From: a virus
Taxonomy: Duplodnaviria; Heunggongvirae; Uroviricota; Caudoviricetes
Virus record (IMG/VR): IMGVR_UViG_2541047874_000005
Length of the DNA: 37,745 bases
Direction: 5' to 3' (one strand)
Shown piece after piece: positions 18,821 to 27,633 of the stretch (position 1 is the first letter of the stretch; each line of letters begins with the position of its first letter). The position numbers and the translations under genes were made by a program. Below the pieces are notes generated by a model, which saw only the letters and a program-made list of their open reading frames with translations, was not told the origin of the DNA and searched no databases.

Positions 18821-20554
18821 TTAAAGCGAGCGGATCCCATAGGACTCAATGTGGTCAGACAGCGTGTCTTCTTTCTCGTACAACATGGCTCTGCCAACCG
18901 CCATAATCAGCGCAACTGCACCATCGATTTTGTTTTCCGCCTGCTCTTTGACGGGCTTCACCACATCATCGTTACCCGGGATGGTTTTGCCGACCACGTT
19001 GCCGATACACCAGGCCATGATGGGATTGCCATCATGATGAAAGCGCCCCGATTCAATCGCCGCTTCCAGCTCTTTCATCGGATCGGACATGTTGGTGTAG
19101 TTCTGAATGATGGTGATGGGGTTCAGGTCTTCATCAGCAAGGTCATGTGACAGCCCGGTCGCCCCGAAGGGGTCGATGGGTGACTCGCTGACCGGGCTGA
19201 TTTTGTTCGCCGCTTTGGCCTCTTCGAGGATGTAGCGATAATCCACCTCTGCACCATCGGTAACTGTCAGGACGCCCATTTCCACCCATTTCTGAAAGCG
19301 TTCGGCTGTCCGGCGATCTTCATTTTTCTCGACGCTGTACACCGTGTCATACGGTACCCAGAAACGAGGGGCCACACTGTAGTAATGCGTTTTACCGTCA
19401 ATCTCGCGGGTATAAAGTCGCGCCATGCTGTTCATATCCAGTTTACGCGCCAGGTCAAAGGCCAGAATGCACGGCTGCCCCTCGAATTGCTCAAGAGTCA
19501 GTGATTTATCCTCACAGCTCTGCCAGCTCACCAGGTTGAAATACGCCGAACGCGCCGACACCCAGATATTGAGGTGTTTTGTTTTAAAGACGTTTGCCAG
19601 ACGGGCGTTATTTTTCGCACGCTGCTGCTGACTTAACAAAAATTCGCGATAAACCGACACGCCAATATTTGGATTGGCTTTTTCCAGCACCTGCGGGTCG
19701 GTCCAGTCGTCACCTTCATCAACGGTATAGATGATCCCGAACAGTTCATCGTTGGGCACCGAGCCGTTGAGCATCTCGATGACTTCCCGCCGCTTGTCGT
19801 AGCACGGCCCCTCAATGTTGTACCCGGCAGTGGTGATGGCCCACATCAGTGGCTGACGTCGCGCCCCCATCCCGGTAAGCATCGTGGTGTAAAGCGCATC
19901 GGTGGCGTGCTCGTGATATTCATCCACCACCGCACAGTGGGGTGATGAACCATCACCGGGGTTACCGATCAGCGGTTCAAACCGCGCGCCATCCTCCGGA
20001 CGGTTCATGTTTGAGGCGTTAACCTCAATCCCGAACGCTTCCGTCAGCATTGGTGTGCGTTTACACATCAGTCGCGCCGGACGAAAGACTTCCCACGCCT
20101 GTTTCTCTGTCGTGGCACCGGAATACACTTCCGCGCCAAACTCGTTATCACAGGCAAAACAATACAGGGCAACACCGGCAGAGATTGCCGATTTACCGTT
20201 CTTACGGGGAATTTCGGTATACACCTCCCGGAAGCGGCGCAACCGGGTGCCTTTATTGACCCAGCCAAACGCACAGCAGATCACAAATAGCTGCCACGGC
20301 TCCAGCGTGATGGGCATCCGTTTAAATGCCCACTCACCCTTGGTGTGCGGCAACAGCTGAATAAATTTGGCGGCCCGTTCAGCCAGGTCCTTGTCGAAGC
20401 GGTAACGAAACGACTTACTTTTTTCCGCCATCAGGTCATCAAGATGGCGCTGGCAGGCCTGAATCACAAACTGGCAGGCAACAATCTTTCCGCGCACGAC
20501 ATCCCGGGCATACTGATTTGCAGCATTTACGTTGGGGTAAGATTTCCGGCTCAT
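18821..20554 (-). CDS. Terminase large subunit
   Basis: 577 aa; N-terminal ATPase region (EIPRKNGKS Walker A-like) and C-terminal nuclease region; follows TerS with 4-nt overlap. Confidence 0.9.
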   Translation of the reverse strand: MSRKSYPNVNAANQYARDVVRGKIVACQFVIQACQRHLDDLMAEKSKSFRYRFDKDLAERAAKFIQLLPHTKGEWAFKRMPITLEPWQLFVICCAFGWVNKGTRLRRFREVYTEIPRKNGKSAISAGVALYCFACDNEFGAEVYSGATTEKQAWEVFRPARLMCKRTPMLTEAFGIEVNASNMNRPEDGARFEPLIGNPGDGSSPHCAVVDEYHEHATDALYTTMLTGMGARRQPLMWAITTAGYNIEGPCYDKRREVIEMLNGSVPNDELFGIIYTVDEGDDWTDPQVLEKANPNIGVSVYREFLLSQQQRAKNNARLANVFKTKHLNIWVSARSAYFNLVSWQSCEDKSLTLEQFEGQPCILAFDLARKLDMNSMARLYTREIDGKTHYYSVAPRFWVPYDTVYSVEKNEDRRTAERFQKWVEMGVLTVTDGAEVDYRYILEEAKAANKISPVSESPIDPFGATGLSHDLADEDLNPITIIQNYTNMSDPMKELEAAIESGRFHHDGNPIMAWCIGNVVGKTIPGNDDVVKPVKEQAENKIDGAVALIMAVGRAMLYEKEDTLSDHIESYGIRSL

Positions 20555-21054
20555 GATTCGATAATTTTCAGAAACGGGTTAGTGGCTTTCTTCTGCCCCG
20601 CCAGGCCAATCAGACGCTGGCGGCTGCTGGGGTCGAGTCCGAGCATTGCCCCCGTACTGCTCATCTCGGACTCCTGTTCTTTTTTGGCGGTCAGCTCCGG
20701 ATTTTTGACCATGCCGCCCATTGCACCGGTGATGGTGTTGCCCTGTCTGGCAATATTTTTCACGGCACGTCGCCAGAACTCATAGGCTACGCACCACCGC
20801 TCAAGCACTGCGAGGTCAGTCACGCACAGCAGGCCCTGACCGCAGAGTTCTTTGGTTGTCAGTTGCCACATGATCGTGGCGAGAGGGAGCTCTTCTTCAG
20901 CGAACCACTCCGGTGGCTCAACACCTTTGATGGGCGTAAAAACGGGTTCATCTTTGTTCAGGGCTCGCTTGCCGGGGTTTCCGGCCAGCGCCTTGCGCGC
21001 CGTTGGCTTGGGGCGACGCCCGGAACGCCCCGCCGTTCCAGCCATATGCGGCAC
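20551..21054 (-). CDS. Terminase small subunit, P27 family
   Basis: 167 aa; [22 protein letters not shown] is the P27-family signature. Confidence 0.8.
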   Translation of the reverse strand: MPHMAGTAGRSGRRPKPTARKALAGNPGKRALNKDEPVFTPIKGVEPPEWFAEEELPLATIMWQLTTKELCGQGLLCVTDLAVLERWCVAYEFWRRAVKNIARQGNTITGAMGGMVKNPELTAKKEQESEMSSTGAMLGLDPSSRQRLIGLAGQKKATNPFLKIIES

Positions 21055-21082
21055 TCCTGGTTAAATTTCATTTTTCGCGGGT

Positions 21083-21150
21083 ATAAAAAAACGATGGGGC
21101 GGGCAGTCCGGAAGACGTCAGGTCACAGGGATTTGACCCGCCCCTCCCCT
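21083..21150. other. Candidate cos site / GC-rich dyad element between HNH and terS
   Basis: GGGGCGGG (21096..21103) and CCCGCCCC (21138..21145) inverted repeat flanked by an A-run; HNH-terS-terL arrangement is typical of cos-packaging HK97-like phages. Confidence 0.3.
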
Positions 21151-21170
21151 CAGACAGTTGAGAATTATTA

Positions 21171-21521
21171 TCACTTTAACCGTTCACGGGCCGTCTTCGC
21201 CTTATGGCACGGCCAGCACAGACTCTGCAGATTACTGTCAGCATCAGTGCCGCCATGCGCTTTAGGGATGATGTGGTCAACAGTTTTCGCCTCACGCACC
21301 ACACCAGCACGCAGACATAACTGACACAGGCCTTTGTCACGCTTCAGGACACGCGCGCGGATACTGTCCCACTTCGAACCGTAGCCGCGCTGATGACGGG
21401 ATTGTCCAGGTTTGTATTGCTTCCAGCCTTCGCTTTTGTGGCTTTCGCAATAGCCTGACGGGTCAGTGGTGGTATGGCGGCAGCCGCGAACACGGCAGGC
21501 TTTTGGGGTTCGTGGGGGCAT
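21171..21521 (-). CDS. HNH endonuclease (packaging-associated)
   Basis: 116 aa; CxxC ... DHIIP ... H ... CWPCH (HNH/zinc motif); immediately upstream of terminase genes. Confidence 0.85.
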   Translation of the reverse strand: MPPRTPKACRVRGCRHTTTDPSGYCESHKSEGWKQYKPGQSRHQRGYGSKWDSIRARVLKRDKGLCQLCLRAGVVREAKTVDHIIPKAHGGTDADSNLQSLCWPCHKAKTARERLK

Positions 21522-21571
21522 TTAAATTTCTCCTTCAATCATTACTACTGGTCTACCCATCGTAATGGCAA

Positions 21572-21600
21572 CAAAAAACCGCCCGTGGAAAGTGGGCGGT
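21572..21600 (-). terminator. Rho-independent terminator after the GrlR-like moron
   Basis: Minus strand CCGCCCAC-loop-GGGCGG hairpin followed by TTTTTT. Confidence 0.55.
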
Positions 21601-21616
21601 TTAGGAGAGAATCGAT

Positions 21617-21937
21617 TTAAATCAAATTGCCGATAAATTTCGCCTGTACAGACAGAGTCGCACCAGGAACACCAGCAATTCCACCTTCAAGGTAATAACC
21701 ATCCCCAATATCTCTCACAGAGAGATCCATCACATAATCGTTAAGGCCTGCAATAACGTTTTGTGCTGAAGGGTTATGGCGGGATACATGAAGTTTCAAT
21801 ACCCCATCTTGTACACGCCCCTGATAGGTAAACCCAAAATCACCACCATTAACCGCATTATCCTTCACAACGACCGTGCCATTGCCAACATCATTATGAC
21901 CGCTTCTGAACACAACAAAATAAATGCCGTCTTTCAT
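21617..21937 (-). CDS. Moron: GrlR-like small beta-barrel protein (tentative family)
   Basis: 106 aa; MKDGIYFVVFRS...GNG...GGD...YQG...L.V.RHN matches my recollection of GrlR-family proteins; lower GC than neighbours; own terminator; AT-rich upstream region. Confidence 0.5.
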   Translation of the reverse strand: MKDGIYFVVFRSGHNDVGNGTVVVKDNAVNGGDFGFTYQGRVQDGVLKLHVSRHNPSAQNVIAGLNDYVMDLSVRDIGDGYYLEGGIAGVPGATLSVQAKFIGNLI

Positions 21938-22029
21938 GTGTATAGTCCTTCAAAAAAATCACCCAAATCAGGTGCTTTGTATCTATTGGGTCATCACATA
22001 TCAAATCAAGGAACAAAATAAAGTGAACA

Positions 22030-22299
22030 TCATTTTTTTTGCATGATGTGACCACGCTCAACGTCAATCCTTCTGATGTCAGCTTTATCGGTATTACACT
22101 GCGCCAATGCAGACAACAAGGCGGCATTCAGATCTAAGCTCGAGCCCCACGTAAAATGATCAGGTAAATCAGGCTGAGGGGTTTCAGCCGTCAGGCTGGC
22201 TGGTAACGGAACTACCGGAACCTGGACGTAAACTGTTCGCGTACTTCCGCAACCGGTCAGCAGCGGCAGCAGGCACAGGACGTGAAGCACAATCATCAT
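22030..22299 (-). CDS. Rz1: o-spanin (Rz1-like outer membrane lipoprotein)
   Basis: Lipobox LLTGC, proline-rich mature region; +1-frame overlap with the 3' part of Rz and extension beyond it. Confidence 0.65.
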   Translation of the reverse strand: MMIVLHVLCLLPLLTGCGSTRTVYVQVPVVPLPASLTAETPQPDLPDHFTWGSSLDLNAALLSALAQCNTDKADIRRIDVERGHIMQKK

Positions 22300-22576
22300 C
22301 CGCAACAGCCACTTTGATATCTTCCTGGGTTCTCTGTGACTCCAGTGCGATCTGCTGTTTTGCATGTTGATTCGCCTCCTGAATGATGTTCGTTATTGCC
22401 ATAGTACGCAGAACATTCGCGGTGATAGTCTCAGTAGAATCAGCTCGCTGTTCCGCAGCATCAGCACGCTTCTGCTCCTCCAGAAACTTTCCATGATAGT
22501 GATTCGCTGACCAGACAAGACCACCAGCGACACAAGCAATAAACGTTAAAATGAGCGCCCAATAACTCATCTTCAT
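22184..22576 (-). CDS. Rz: i-spanin (Rz-like)
   Basis: 130 aa; N-terminal TM helix then charged helical periplasmic domain; directly downstream of the endolysin. Confidence 0.7.
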   Translation of the reverse strand: MKMSYWALILTFIACVAGGLVWSANHYHGKFLEEQKRADAAEQRADSTETITANVLRTMAITNIIQEANQHAKQQIALESQRTQEDIKVAVADDDCASRPVPAAAADRLRKYANSLRPGSGSSVTSQPDG

Positions 22577-23187
22577 ACCAGCAGCGCCGCCCGCGCCTTG
22601 TTGTATCGGACCTTACGATCCTCAATACCGTTCAAACCGCCGTTAATGATGCGCGTAACACGGTTAATATCGGCACCGTAGATCATGCAACCTTTAGAGG
22701 TGTAGAACCATGCAGCTGAGCGCGCAGCCTGTAGTTCCTGTTCCAGTTGTTCAGGTGAAGTCACCAGATCTAACTTCAGCGCCGCGCCACAGATGCGATA
22801 ATTATGGAGGCCAGTGATTTGAATTAATCCTCTACCACGATATTTCCAGCCATCACCTGGTGCTTTGTTACCCAGTCGGTTGCTATACACCAGATTGGCA
22901 ATAGCATCCTGACGAGCTGCATGTCCGGATGTTCTGCCAAGGGCATCAGCCTGCTGCTGTGTGATCCTCTTTCCGAACGTCGCCACCAGCGCAGATGGTG
23001 TGTAGTTAAAATTTTCAACTACGGCGCTAAACCCCATCGACTCATGGCCTACCTGAGCGATAAACATTGCCTGATCCGCTGGTGCTGTAATGCCGAATTC
23101 CTTCATCGCCGCATCAATGTGCGGAAACCAGCGCGCAGCCAGCCCGGCGCTAATACCAGCCGCCTTTTGAAATAATTGTTGGTTCAT
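22573..23187 (-). CDS. Endolysin, glycoside hydrolase family 19 (chitinase-like)
   Basis: 204 aa; GHESMGF and YRGRGLIQITGLHNY match GH19 catalytic motifs. Confidence 0.85.
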   Translation of the reverse strand: MNQQLFQKAAGISAGLAARWFPHIDAAMKEFGITAPADQAMFIAQVGHESMGFSAVVENFNYTPSALVATFGKRITQQQADALGRTSGHAARQDAIANLVYSNRLGNKAPGDGWKYRGRGLIQITGLHNYRICGAALKLDLVTSPEQLEQELQAARSAAWFYTSKGCMIYGADINRVTRIINGGLNGIEDRKVRYNKARAALLV

Positions 23188-23468
23188 TAGTGCCTCAGAT
23201 GATCAACCAGACGTGCAACGTTGCCTCTGACGGCCACCAGCACGGAAAGAAAAATAGTGTTCGCCACGATAATGGGCCATGAGGAATGGGGATAAATCCC
23301 ACAGAGATAGGCCAACGGAACAGCACTGTATGTAACAGTAATCAGCCAGGCTAAACGTGAAACCCAAGGACGATGCCGCGAATCACCACGACGATAAAAC
23401 ATCAGAGTAATAACAACACAAGCACATAACAGCGCATTTATAGTTGCTGTCGGGTCATTTAGCTCCAC
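23187..23468 (-). CDS. Holin-like/antiholin-like membrane protein
   Basis: 93 aa, 2-3 TM helices, charged C-terminus; immediately upstream of endolysin. Confidence 0.55.
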   Translation of the reverse strand: MELNDPTATINALLCACVVITLMFYRRGDSRHRPWVSRLAWLITVTYSAVPLAYLCGIYPHSSWPIIVANTIFLSVLVAVRGNVARLVDHLRH

Positions 23469-23841
23469 CTGAACCTCCCCGGCGCGTTATGAGCGCCACC
23501 AGCGAGCCGATATCCTGATTATTCAGGAACGTCAGGATTTTAACGGCTAAAGCAGAGACGATTACGGCACCAATAGCATCCAGAGGTTTATCACTGTATC
23601 CGGTCAAGTTCGCCAGCTTGGAGCCAACCAACCCAGAGCAAAGAATCCCGGCAATATATGACACGATAAAATATGCCAGTCGGCGCGATGCACTCAGATC
23701 TGCTGCTGTTGCTATGTAGAATACAGCCCCTGCAAATGCGCCAAATACAACGCCGTAATCAGTTCCGGTCAGCAGTCCATAAACACTGGCACCCGTCAGG
23801 GCACCACCAGCCAGCCCAGTACCGGAAATCGGATCGGACAT
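23455..23841 (-). CDS. Putative holin
   Basis: 128 aa, Gly/Ala-rich TM helices; first gene of the lysis cassette. Confidence 0.55.
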   Translation of the reverse strand: MSDPISGTGLAGGALTGASVYGLLTGTDYGVVFGAFAGAVFYIATAADLSASRRLAYFIVSYIAGILCSGLVGSKLANLTGYSDKPLDAIGAVIVSALAVKILTFLNNQDIGSLVALITRRGGSGGAK

Positions 23842-23920
23842 TTAGCCCCCTCTTAATTGCTGTTGGTCCTCTCAGATATGAGGGGAAGGGATCTTAATGA
23901 CAGTCTGTTTATTATTTCAG

Positions 23921-24177
23921 TCAAATACTACCCTGTTGATGATTTCTCAGAAGCGAACTTGACTCCCAAGGGAAACTCAACTTTCCGTTAAAACCACCAG
24001 CAGACATTCGTTCAATTTCCACAGAAATATCACTGAGCCGTTCTTCAAGCTCTGCTTTTTCTTTTACCAGACGGTTATAGCGGCTTAGATGAAGCTTTTG
24101 CTGCTCCAGCCAGTCTTCAAGCTGTTCAACAGTCATACCAGGGTTAAAAAAATATGGCTGCTGCTTTTCGCCCTGCA
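23921..24177 (-). CDS. Hypothetical protein, first ORF after tR'
   Basis: About 85 aa from the ATG at 24177 just after the terminator hairpin; the longer ORF in the track (to 24247) would span the terminator. Confidence 0.4.
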
Positions 24178-24189
24178 TTATTGACCTCC

Positions 24190-24220
24190 AGAAAAGCAAA
24201 AACCCCGCCGAAGCGAGGTT
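24190..24220 (-). terminator. tR'-like intrinsic terminator of the late leader transcript
   Basis: Minus strand CCTCGC-TTCG-GCGGGG hairpin (one G.U pair) followed by TTTTTGCTTTT; about 60-70 nt downstream of the putative PR'. Confidence 0.5.
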
Positions 24221-24328
24221 TGTTATGATTTCGTTAACGGCAGACATACAAAGCCCATCGTTAAGAGAATCCTAACCAAATTTTTTGAAAAATGCAAGAA
24301 TTACGTCGCCATCTTCGGCGAAAATCAT
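24221..24328 (-). promoter_or_regulatory. Putative late promoter PR' with Q-utilisation region
   Basis: Minus strand TTGCAT (24297..24292), 17 nt spacer, TAGGAT (24274..24269), immediately after the Q stop. Confidence 0.4.
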
Positions 24329-25081
24329 TTATCTTGTCACTTTTCTCAATTGTGTCTCTGCATATGCTTCTTCCTGCCAGCACTTTGTAACCAGTTTATC
24401 AATGACATCTGCATATCCTTTGTACCACTGATAATCCGTCAGATCCGGTACCAGCTTCTGGACATGATGCCGCGCCAGTGTGGTTGGTAAACGGCTAAAC
24501 CGGTTTCCATTGCAACGCCCACAAATCTTATAAACAGGCGCACCATGAAGCCGGGTTCTTTTTTCATCCAGTACAATACCTTTCCCCTTACACCCTCTGC
24601 ACGCTGTGCTGACCTCTCCCTTACCATGACAATGCTGACATAGTTCCTTCACCCACTCTTCCTTGATAACAGATTCCCCGCTTCTGGAGTGTTTCACCAC
24701 TTCGCGCAATACATTATGAAATCCAGTACCAGCACAATGCTCACAGCGAGCCTTACTTGCCGCAGACCTGGAATAATCAGCAAAGGCAAAATTCACAAGG
24801 TAAGGGATGATCTGTAACCGGGTTTCTTCACTCAATTTGTTCAATGTCGGGTTATCCAGTGCCATCGCGTAATTGAGCAGACCTTCAATCGCAAACTGAG
24901 GATCCTGAACACCAACTTTTGCCAGGAATAAGGCAAACCCAAGCGGTGCTTTCGACTGCACCATCCCCTGCGCAGCCATTACATCCGTAATTGTTAAACC
25001 ACCAGAGCCTGTCGCCGGTGCGTCATCGCTCAGTTTTGGAGATTTCGGGGAGTAATATTTCGGTAAGGCTTCAAGGTTCAT
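24329..25081 (-). CDS. Q: Late-gene antitermination protein Q
   Basis: About 250 aa from the ATG at 25081; multiple CxxC/HCH zinc-finger-like motifs; directly upstream of the late promoter/terminator and lysis genes. Confidence 0.75.
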   Translation of the reverse strand: MNLEALPKYYSPKSPKLSDDAPATGSGGLTITDVMAAQGMVQSKAPLGFALFLAKVGVQDPQFAIEGLLNYAMALDNPTLNKLSEETRLQIIPYLVNFAFADYSRSAASKARCEHCAGTGFHNVLREVVKHSRSGESVIKEEWVKELCQHCHGKGEVSTACRGCKGKGIVLDEKRTRLHGAPVYKICGRCNGNRFSRLPTTLARHHVQKLVPDLTDYQWYKGYADVIDKLVTKCWQEEAYAETQLRKVTR

Positions 25082-25094
25082 GCTCGTTCTCCAC

Positions 25095-26090
25095 TTACGC
25101 CAGCACGCCAATTGCCAGCGCACGATCGATAAAACGAAATATCAGCTCCAGCTGGGAGCCATACTTCTCTTCAAATGCCACGGTATCCGCATGCAGCTCG
25201 TCGTGATGCTTTCTGCACAAAGGCAACACAAAGAGGTCATGCGCTTTTGTACCCATTCCCCCCTGACCGTGGCCTATCAGGTGGTGGGGATCATCAGCTG
25301 GCTTTCCACAACATGCACACGGCTGTGTCTTAACCCAGCGCGTGTACTTTTCATTAACCCAGCGGCGACGTTTTGGGCGTAACATAAAAGACTCCGGCGA
25401 CTCCGGATCCACTTTCAGCGCCAGCACCTTTTTCGCTTTATCCTGGATAATGCTGGTGGCAGGAACCGAAGGAACAAGGTCACTCTCCCGGGTGACAGAC
25501 GGCACAACAGGCTTCGGTAATCTCAGTGCCTTACGGGCTGCACTTTCCGGTAAGGCATCCGCCAGGTCATTACGAACCAGCCACCAGCACAGTTCCGGCA
25601 TTGTCACAACGTGACTGTCATCAAAACCGAGATCACGGCGCACAACAGATAACACCCAGCGGGCACAGTTATCCGTTGCCATTGATTCCAGCCGTTCCGT
25701 GAACTGATCGCGCAACTGGTTATCGCAGTGCCAGCACAGACGGATTGCGCCCGGAGCGTGCCGCATTGTGGTCATGTTCTCGCTGTGCCAGTCGGAATGA
25801 GGCCACTGGCAGCCTTTTTCACGAAGTAACCAGCTTTCAAGACATTCCACGCCACCAGCACGACGGATCACTGCCTCATTGCGGAACACGGCCCGAACGG
25901 CAGGATCATCCGCCAGCGGTTGTGATGCCGCCGGAACGGCACCACTGGCGAAAGATGAATAACGTTCCGGCTCAGGCTCCAGCAGGACACGCCCCTGCAT
26001 AAACAGGGGCATCAGCTCTGAACCTGGCCTGAACAATACGATCCCCATACGCGGGGCAATTTCAGGGGTCAGTAGTGCTCTCACGGTCAC
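25095..26090 (-). CDS. DUF968-like prophage protein with C-terminal Cys/His cluster
   Basis: 331 aa; C-terminus CACCGK...HHLIGHGQGG...CRKHHDELH suggests a zinc-binding/HNH-like fold; recalled similarity to ydfU-type genes preceding Q. Confidence 0.55.
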   Translation of the reverse strand: MTVRALLTPEIAPRMGIVLFRPGSELMPLFMQGRVLLEPEPERYSSFASGAVPAASQPLADDPAVRAVFRNEAVIRRAGGVECLESWLLREKGCQWPHSDWHSENMTTMRHAPGAIRLCWHCDNQLRDQFTERLESMATDNCARWVLSVVRRDLGFDDSHVVTMPELCWWLVRNDLADALPESAARKALRLPKPVVPSVTRESDLVPSVPATSIIQDKAKKVLALKVDPESPESFMLRPKRRRWVNEKYTRWVKTQPCACCGKPADDPHHLIGHGQGGMGTKAHDLFVLPLCRKHHDELHADTVAFEEKYGSQLELIFRFIDRALAIGVLA

Positions 26091-26091
26091 C

Positions 26092-26901
26092 TCAATGAAC
26101 GGTATCGAGCAGCTTTAACAGCTCAGGGAATCGGGATTCGAAGAAATGCGGCTGCGTCTCGCGCGGATTTGCGGGACTGGTGATGTTCTTGCCGAACATG
26201 CAGCCTTTCGCTGTCAGCAACCAGAATTTTTTGATGTTGTTAATCGCAGTGCGGCTGTATCGTTCACGTTGTTCAACGATCCCCAGCTTCGCCATCTGGT
26301 GATATGCCTGATTAGCTGTCAGGCGGATACCATACTGCTTCAGCAGTGCACTCAGTGACAGCGTGGGGCGGCTTGAGCCATCAGGCGCGTCAGCAGGAGC
26401 ATCAATGGCATAGCGCGGTGCCAGATTCGGTAAGCCAACAGCCTCCTGAAGCTTCTGACAGGCTCCAAGCACTGATGAGTTAGACAGATTTAATTCCCGG
26501 CGCATAAAGTCCAGCAGGATCACGCCAGCCTGCATCTTGTCAGCAGCCTGTCCGGATAATTTTTCCGGTGCGCTGGTTACCATGTCGAAAGTACGGATCA
26601 CCTTCAGATGGAATGACGGGCTGATCCACATTGCATAGGCATACACCAGTTCTTTGCAGACATACGTCCCCTGGTTATTTCCGCCATTAATGACGCTAAC
26701 TGGTTGATTTTGTTCCAGAGGCGGAATTCCACCCTCGGTGAAAAGTTGTTCAATCAATTCACAGGTTTGCTTATTGGAGAGCCAGTATTTCGGGCGGTTT
26801 TTTTGTTCTCCCCCGGCAGCCCTGTGCAGATCGTTCAGGCTGTAACGCCCATAAGCATCACGACGAACTTCAATACCATCAATGACCATCAGATTATTCA
26901 T
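26092..26901 (-). CDS. KilA-N domain protein (antirepressor-like)
   Basis: About 269 aa from the ATG at 26901 (AGGAG RBS); N-terminal domain MVIDGIEVRRDAYGRYSLNDLHRAAGG...YVCKELVYAYAMWISPSFHLKVIRTF is KilA-N-like. Confidence 0.75.
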   Translation of the reverse strand: MNNLMVIDGIEVRRDAYGRYSLNDLHRAAGGEQKNRPKYWLSNKQTCELIEQLFTEGGIPPLEQNQPVSVINGGNNQGTYVCKELVYAYAMWISPSFHLKVIRTFDMVTSAPEKLSGQAADKMQAGVILLDFMRRELNLSNSSVLGACQKLQEAVGLPNLAPRYAIDAPADAPDGSSRPTLSLSALLKQYGIRLTANQAYHQMAKLGIVEQRERYSRTAINNIKKFWLLTAKGCMFGKNITSPANPRETQPHFFESRFPELLKLLDTVH

Positions 26902-26920
26902 ACTTCGTTTCTCCTCTTGA

Positions 26921-27310
26921 TCAGGCGGCTGCACCCGCCGTTTTCTCGTACTTACTGATGGTGATCTCGACCTTCCCTTTCGGGATAACCGGTCCCCACT
27001 CCACCAGCATTCTTTTCACCTGTCTGTCGTCTTCCCACACACCCGCGTGGGTCAACGCGTCAAACAGCGCCTTGTTATAGTTGTCCAGATCGCGGATCCG
27101 GTTATCCGGAGGAAACAACACGATCTCCACTGCAGCAGGTGCCGACGTTGGTTTTGGCAGACGACGTAACTGCTCAACTATTGCTGCGCACGCCGCGCTC
27201 TGAAATTTTCGCCCCGCCGCGCTTATCAGGCTCTTACCAGCAAATGCCCCTTTGTTGGGGTGTCGCCAGTACGTGTTCACGCTGGGCGGGAAAGGCAGGA
27301 TCAGCTTCAT
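26921..27310 (-). CDS. rusA: RusA-family Holliday junction resolvase
   Basis: 129 aa; LPFPPSVNTYWRH ... DLDNYNKALFDALTHAGVWEDDRQV match the RusA fold and acidic residues. Confidence 0.85.
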   Translation of the reverse strand: MKLILPFPPSVNTYWRHPNKGAFAGKSLISAAGRKFQSAACAAIVEQLRRLPKPTSAPAAVEIVLFPPDNRIRDLDNYNKALFDALTHAGVWEDDRQVKRMLVEWGPVIPKGKVEITISKYEKTAGAAA

Positions 27311-27633
27311 ACTTTCAGGCCTCTCTCATGTAACCAGTGGGTTGCACGCAGCCTGGCGTTTTCCTCACCGGCAAGCAGTGAGCGGATAATCCCGACCGCC
27401 TCGCTGTCGTCGTCCTTCACCGCGGTATGAAGAGTGATACCCCGGGCCACGCCACGCTTTATCGTGATGACGCCTTTTTTCTCCAGTGCGCGAAGATGTT
27501 CCACCGCTGCATTCACTGAACGGTATCCCAGCATGGTTGCCACCTCCTGATTGGTTGGCGGGAAGCCACGTTCTTTCTGGTAAGAAATCAGCATATCCAG
27601 CACCTGCTGCTGGCATTGAGTTAACGTCGTCAT
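27307..27633 (-). CDS. LexA N-terminal DNA-binding-domain-only protein (no S24 peptidase domain)
   Basis: 108 aa; residues 1-70 align with the LexA winged-helix DBD (QQQVLDMLISYQKERGFPPTNQEVATMLGYRSVNAAVEHLRALEKKGVITI); only about 38 further residues, no Ala-Gly site or Ser/Lys dyad. Confidence 0.75.
   Translation of the reverse strand: MTTLTQCQQQVLDMLISYQKERGFPPTNQEVATMLGYRSVNAAVEHLRALEKKGVITIKRGVARGITLHTAVKDDDSEAVGIIRSLLAGEENARLRATHWLHERGLKV

Noticed and set aside
24178-24247. N-terminal extension of the first late ORF (108-aa version)
   Set aside because: The extension would be translated across the tR'-like terminator hairpin; the internal ATG at 24177 after the terminator is more plausible.
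23842-24328. tRNA genes between Q and the lysis cassette
   Set aside because: The gap is short and taken up by the promoter, terminator and a small ORF; no cloverleaf-compatible segment with a conserved T-loop (GTTCGAATC-like) was found.
25082-25123. N-terminal extension of Q from an alternative start (MRWQLACW...)
   Set aside because: Starts at a non-ATG codon and overlaps the upstream gene; the ATG at 25081 (MNLEALPKYY) is the more plausible start.
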